Source of the DNA: Octopus sinensis
Taxonomy: Eukaryota
Direction of reading: 5' to 3'
Assembly: GCF_006345805.1 (NCBI RefSeq)
Contig: NC_043016.1
Location: forward strand, 16,740,001-16,804,000
DNA length: 64,000 bases
Position numbers and translations under genes: made by a program. A model generated the notes under the pieces. It searched no databases. It saw only the letters and a list, made by a program, of their open reading frames with translations, and was not told the origin of the DNA. Below, in pieces: positions 60,783 to 64,000 of this stretch. Every line of letters starts with the position of its first letter. The first letter of the stretch is position 1.

Positions 60783-61652
60783 AAGGGTATGGTGATTAAA
60801 CTGTTGTCTAAATTACGCAAAAATGAAAATAACACTGACATCTTATCTTAACAGATATATTTACTAAAATTACTTAAAATATCTTGAAATACTAAACAGT
60901 AAATTTATTCAATAAAATTGCCATTGGCTTCAACCACAACCTCCATGCGATTTTGGAATCTCCTGCAACTCTTCTGGATGGTCTCCTTGTTTAAGTTGGT
61001 GAATGTTGCCATAATTCTTGCCTTCAGTTCATCTTTGGGGTTTTATTGGTCCCTTGCTCAACTGCACGTTACACATAAAAATCAAAGGGGTTGCAGTTTG
61101 GGGAGTTAGTTAGCCAGATGTTAGGGGTGATGTGGTTGCAGAAATTGTCTGACAGCCATGACTGGGTTCTCCTGCTTGTGTGGCATGGTGCAGAGTCCTG
61201 TTGCTAGACATAAGCTCTTCCAGCAGCCACCCTCTTGAACCAAGGTAGCATTACCTCCTCTAGGTACTTGATGTAGGCCTCCGTATTGAGTCAGGCCATA
61301 AGGGAAGATGAATGAAGGCATAATGTCACCATCACTAGTGATCACTCCAGACACCATGCTGTTGACTGGATGTTTCATTTTTATTGCTCTCTGTACATGT
61401 CCTCAAATTGCACTCTCCTCAGATTGACATCCAAACACTCTGAAATGTTCGTATTGTCGCTTCCAGCACAAATGCCAAGTAGTACAGCATGTCGTTTCCA
61501 AATTTCTGGCAGAGTGAATTGTGTTATGGTGTTGTTTTTCTCACAGATGGTGCCAAACTGACACTACAATAATGTGTAGTCAACAAAATCAAAACCACAA
61601 TGCACGAAATTATGAATATAAAATGGCAACAATTTAGCCATCACACCCTCTG
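60783..61652 (-). mobile_element. Second maT-like mariner, internally deleted
   Basis: Degenerate TIRs AGGGT.TG.TG..TAAA.TGTTG; reverse strand KHPVNSMVSGVITSDGD.MP.FIFP, then QDSAPCHT- and WPPNSPD-like frames. Confidence 0.78.
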
Positions 61653-61668
61653 TGTGTGTATATATATT

Positions 61669-62146
61669 GTTTATATCCAGTTAAAAGAAGAAAAGAAAAT
61701 GGAGATAAGGAAGTTAACAAACATTTATTATTAACAAATAAGTCAGCTTTGCTTCTTACATCTCTTTCAATTAATACTCAATAATTTAATTACAAATCTG
61801 TGTATTAAATTTACTTTTACGTGACATGAGTATAATTACATCAGAGAGGAAAAAGATGTACCTTGAGATGTTGTATGTGGACCTACCGACTCATTTCAGC
61901 AGATTAAACCATGATATTTAATCTGCTGAAATGAGTCGGTAGGTCCACATACAACATCTCAAGGTACATCTTTTTCCTCTCTGATGTAATTATACTCATG
62001 TCACGTAAATGTAAATTTAATACACAGATTTGTAATTAAATTATTGAGTATTAATTGAAGCGAAGATGACTAATTTGTTGTTAAAAATAAACAATTATTA
62101 ACTTCCTTATCTCCATTTTCTTTTCTCCTTTTAAATGGACATAAAC
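61669..62146. repeat. Long palindrome: 143-bp inner arms (61766-61908 / 61917-62059), 8-nt loop
   Basis: One mismatch in the inner arms by eye; the outer arms of about 90 bp are clearly diverged. Confidence 0.93.
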
Positions 62147-62704
62147 TATATGCTTAAGATTGTTTTAAGGGAATTTCATTCCCCAACATTACTAGATATT
62201 GAACCAGTATTTTCTTGGATGCAATCATCCCTTCTCAAGATTAACATATCCTCTAATTATAAATAAACACACACACACATATAAAGGTGCAGGTGTGACT
62301 ATGCAGTACGAAGCTTACTTCCCAACCACATGGTTCTGGGTTCGGTGTCTTCTATAGCCTTGGGCTGACCAAAGTTGTGTGAGTGGATTTGGTGGATGGA
62401 AACTTAAAGAAGCCTGCCATATATATACATATGTATACGTTTGTGTGGCTGTGTTTGTCCCTCCACCATCACTTGATAACTGATGTTAGTGTGTTTACGT
62501 CTCCATAACTTAGCAGTTCGGCGTAAGAGATCGATAGAATAAGTACTAGGCATACAAAGAATAAGTCCTGGGGTCGATTTGCTCAACTAAAAGGTGGTGC
62601 TCCAGCATGGCCGCAGTCAAATGACTGAAACGAGTAAGAGAGAGATATATATACATATACAACTATATATACTAAGATTTTATATATATTTACATACATA
62701 TACA

Positions 62705-64000
62705 AATCATCATCATCATAGTTTAACGTCCGTTCTCCATGCTAGCATGGGTTGGACAGTTCGACCGGGGATCTGGGAAGCCAGAAGGCTGCACCAGGCT
62801 CCGGTCTTATCTGGCAATGTTTCTACAGCTGGATGCCCTTCCTAATGCCAAACACTCCATGAGTGTAGTGGGTGCTTTTTACGTGCCACCTGCACTGGTG
62901 CCAGGCGAGGCTGGCATCGGCCACGGTCGGATTGCTGCATTTTACGTGCCACCTGCATGGAAGCCAGTCGAGGCGGCACTGGCAATCGGCCACGTTTCGG
63001 ATAGTGCTTTTTACGTACCACTAGTCCAGGGGTCCTGGCATCTGCCGGGTGCCAGTCATAGGATTGGTTCAATTTCGATTTCGATTTCACTTGCCCCAAC
63101 AGGTCTTCGCAAGCATGGGTGCCTGTCGTCAGATGAGGTTCAATATCGACTTCGCTTGCCTCAACAGGTCTTTGTGTCCAATGGAGGAAAGGCATTCATA
63201 AGTGGGCTGGGCTCACTTGTCCTGCCTGGTCTTCTCACGTACAGCATATTTCCAAAGGTCTCGGTCGCTGGTCATTTCCTCAATGAGGCCTAAAGTTCGA
63301 AGGTCGTGCTTCACCACCTCGTCCCAGGTTTTCCTGGGTCTACCTCTTCCACGGGTTCCCTCAACTGCTAGGGATTGGCACTTTTTCACACACCTATCTT
63401 CATCCATTCTCGCCACATGACCATACCAGCGCAATCGTCTTTCTTGCACACCACAACTGATGCTTCTTAGGTACATTTCTCTCAAGGTACTAACGCTCTG
63501 TCGATTATGTACACTGATATTACACATCCATCGGAGCATACTGGCTTCATTCCTCGCGAGCTTACGCATGTCCTCAGCAGTCACGGCCCATGTCTCACTG
63601 CCATGTAGCATGGCTGTTCGTACATATGCATCATACAGTCTGCCTTTTACTCTGAGCGAGAGGCCTTTAGTCACCAGCAGAGGTAAGAGCTCCCTAAACT
63701 TTGCCCAGGCTATTCTTACTCTAGCAGTTACACTTTCAACACACCCACCCCCACTATGACTTGGTCACCTAGATAACGGAAGCTATCAACTACTTCTAGT
63801 TTTTCCCCCTGGAAAGTGACGGAAGTTGTTTTCTGCAGATTTTCAGAGGTTAATACTCCCGAGCATCTGCCACATACAAAAACTATCTTCCCAGTTAGCC
63901 TTCCTATGACATTGCTGCACCTCTTATGTGTCCATAGCTTACACTGGGTACATCTTATAGAGTTTCTACCTACACCTTTTCTACAGATCGAGCAGGGCCA
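62705..64000 (-). mobile_element. RTE LINE 3' part: PHD finger, RT thumb, ORF2 end, 3' UTR and (GAT)n tail; runs off the window
   Basis: ORF 63213-63674 ...RLRWYGHVARMDEDRCVKKC...GRPRKTWDEVVKHDL...KYAVREKTRQDK*; upstream WPCSICRKGVGRNSIRCTQCKLWTHKRC. Confidence 0.93.

Overview
AT-rich, repeat-dense eukaryotic (animal) genomic DNA. The repeat landscape looks like an octopus/coleoid cephalopod genome; this is recalled similarity, not a database result. The window holds the 3' half of one + strand gene, an MRCK/CDC42BP (genghis khan-type) Cdc42-binding kinase. I traced 13 phase-consistent GT-AG exons (1153-53116, 1629 nt, 542 aa plus stop) covering the PH-CNH linker, CNH domain, CRIB motif and Ser-rich tail. 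A 14th, frame-preserving 102-nt exon (40248-40349) encodes a second, diverged CRIB motif. The introns and downstream region are filled with tRNA-derived SINEs (three families), RTE, CR1 and Tx1-like LINE pieces, piggyBac, pogo/Tc2 and mariner/maT DNA transposons, long TA/TATG/ATT microsatellites and a 100-N gap. The best leads are: (1) the duplicated CRIB cassette exon; (2) an ORF1-only Tx1-like retroelement inserted twice at the same 14-bp site in the tRNA-derived head of a SINE; (3) a C4HC3 PHD finger embedded in the RT domain of the dominant RTE LINE; (4) at least seven long fold-back inverted repeats, one with 143-bp arms, 1 mismatch and an 8-nt loop; (5) a SINE/CR1 shared 3' stem-loop with compensatory changes. 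All alignments were done by eye. Exon coordinates are exact to my count; TE boundaries are approximate unless a TSD/TIR is quoted.
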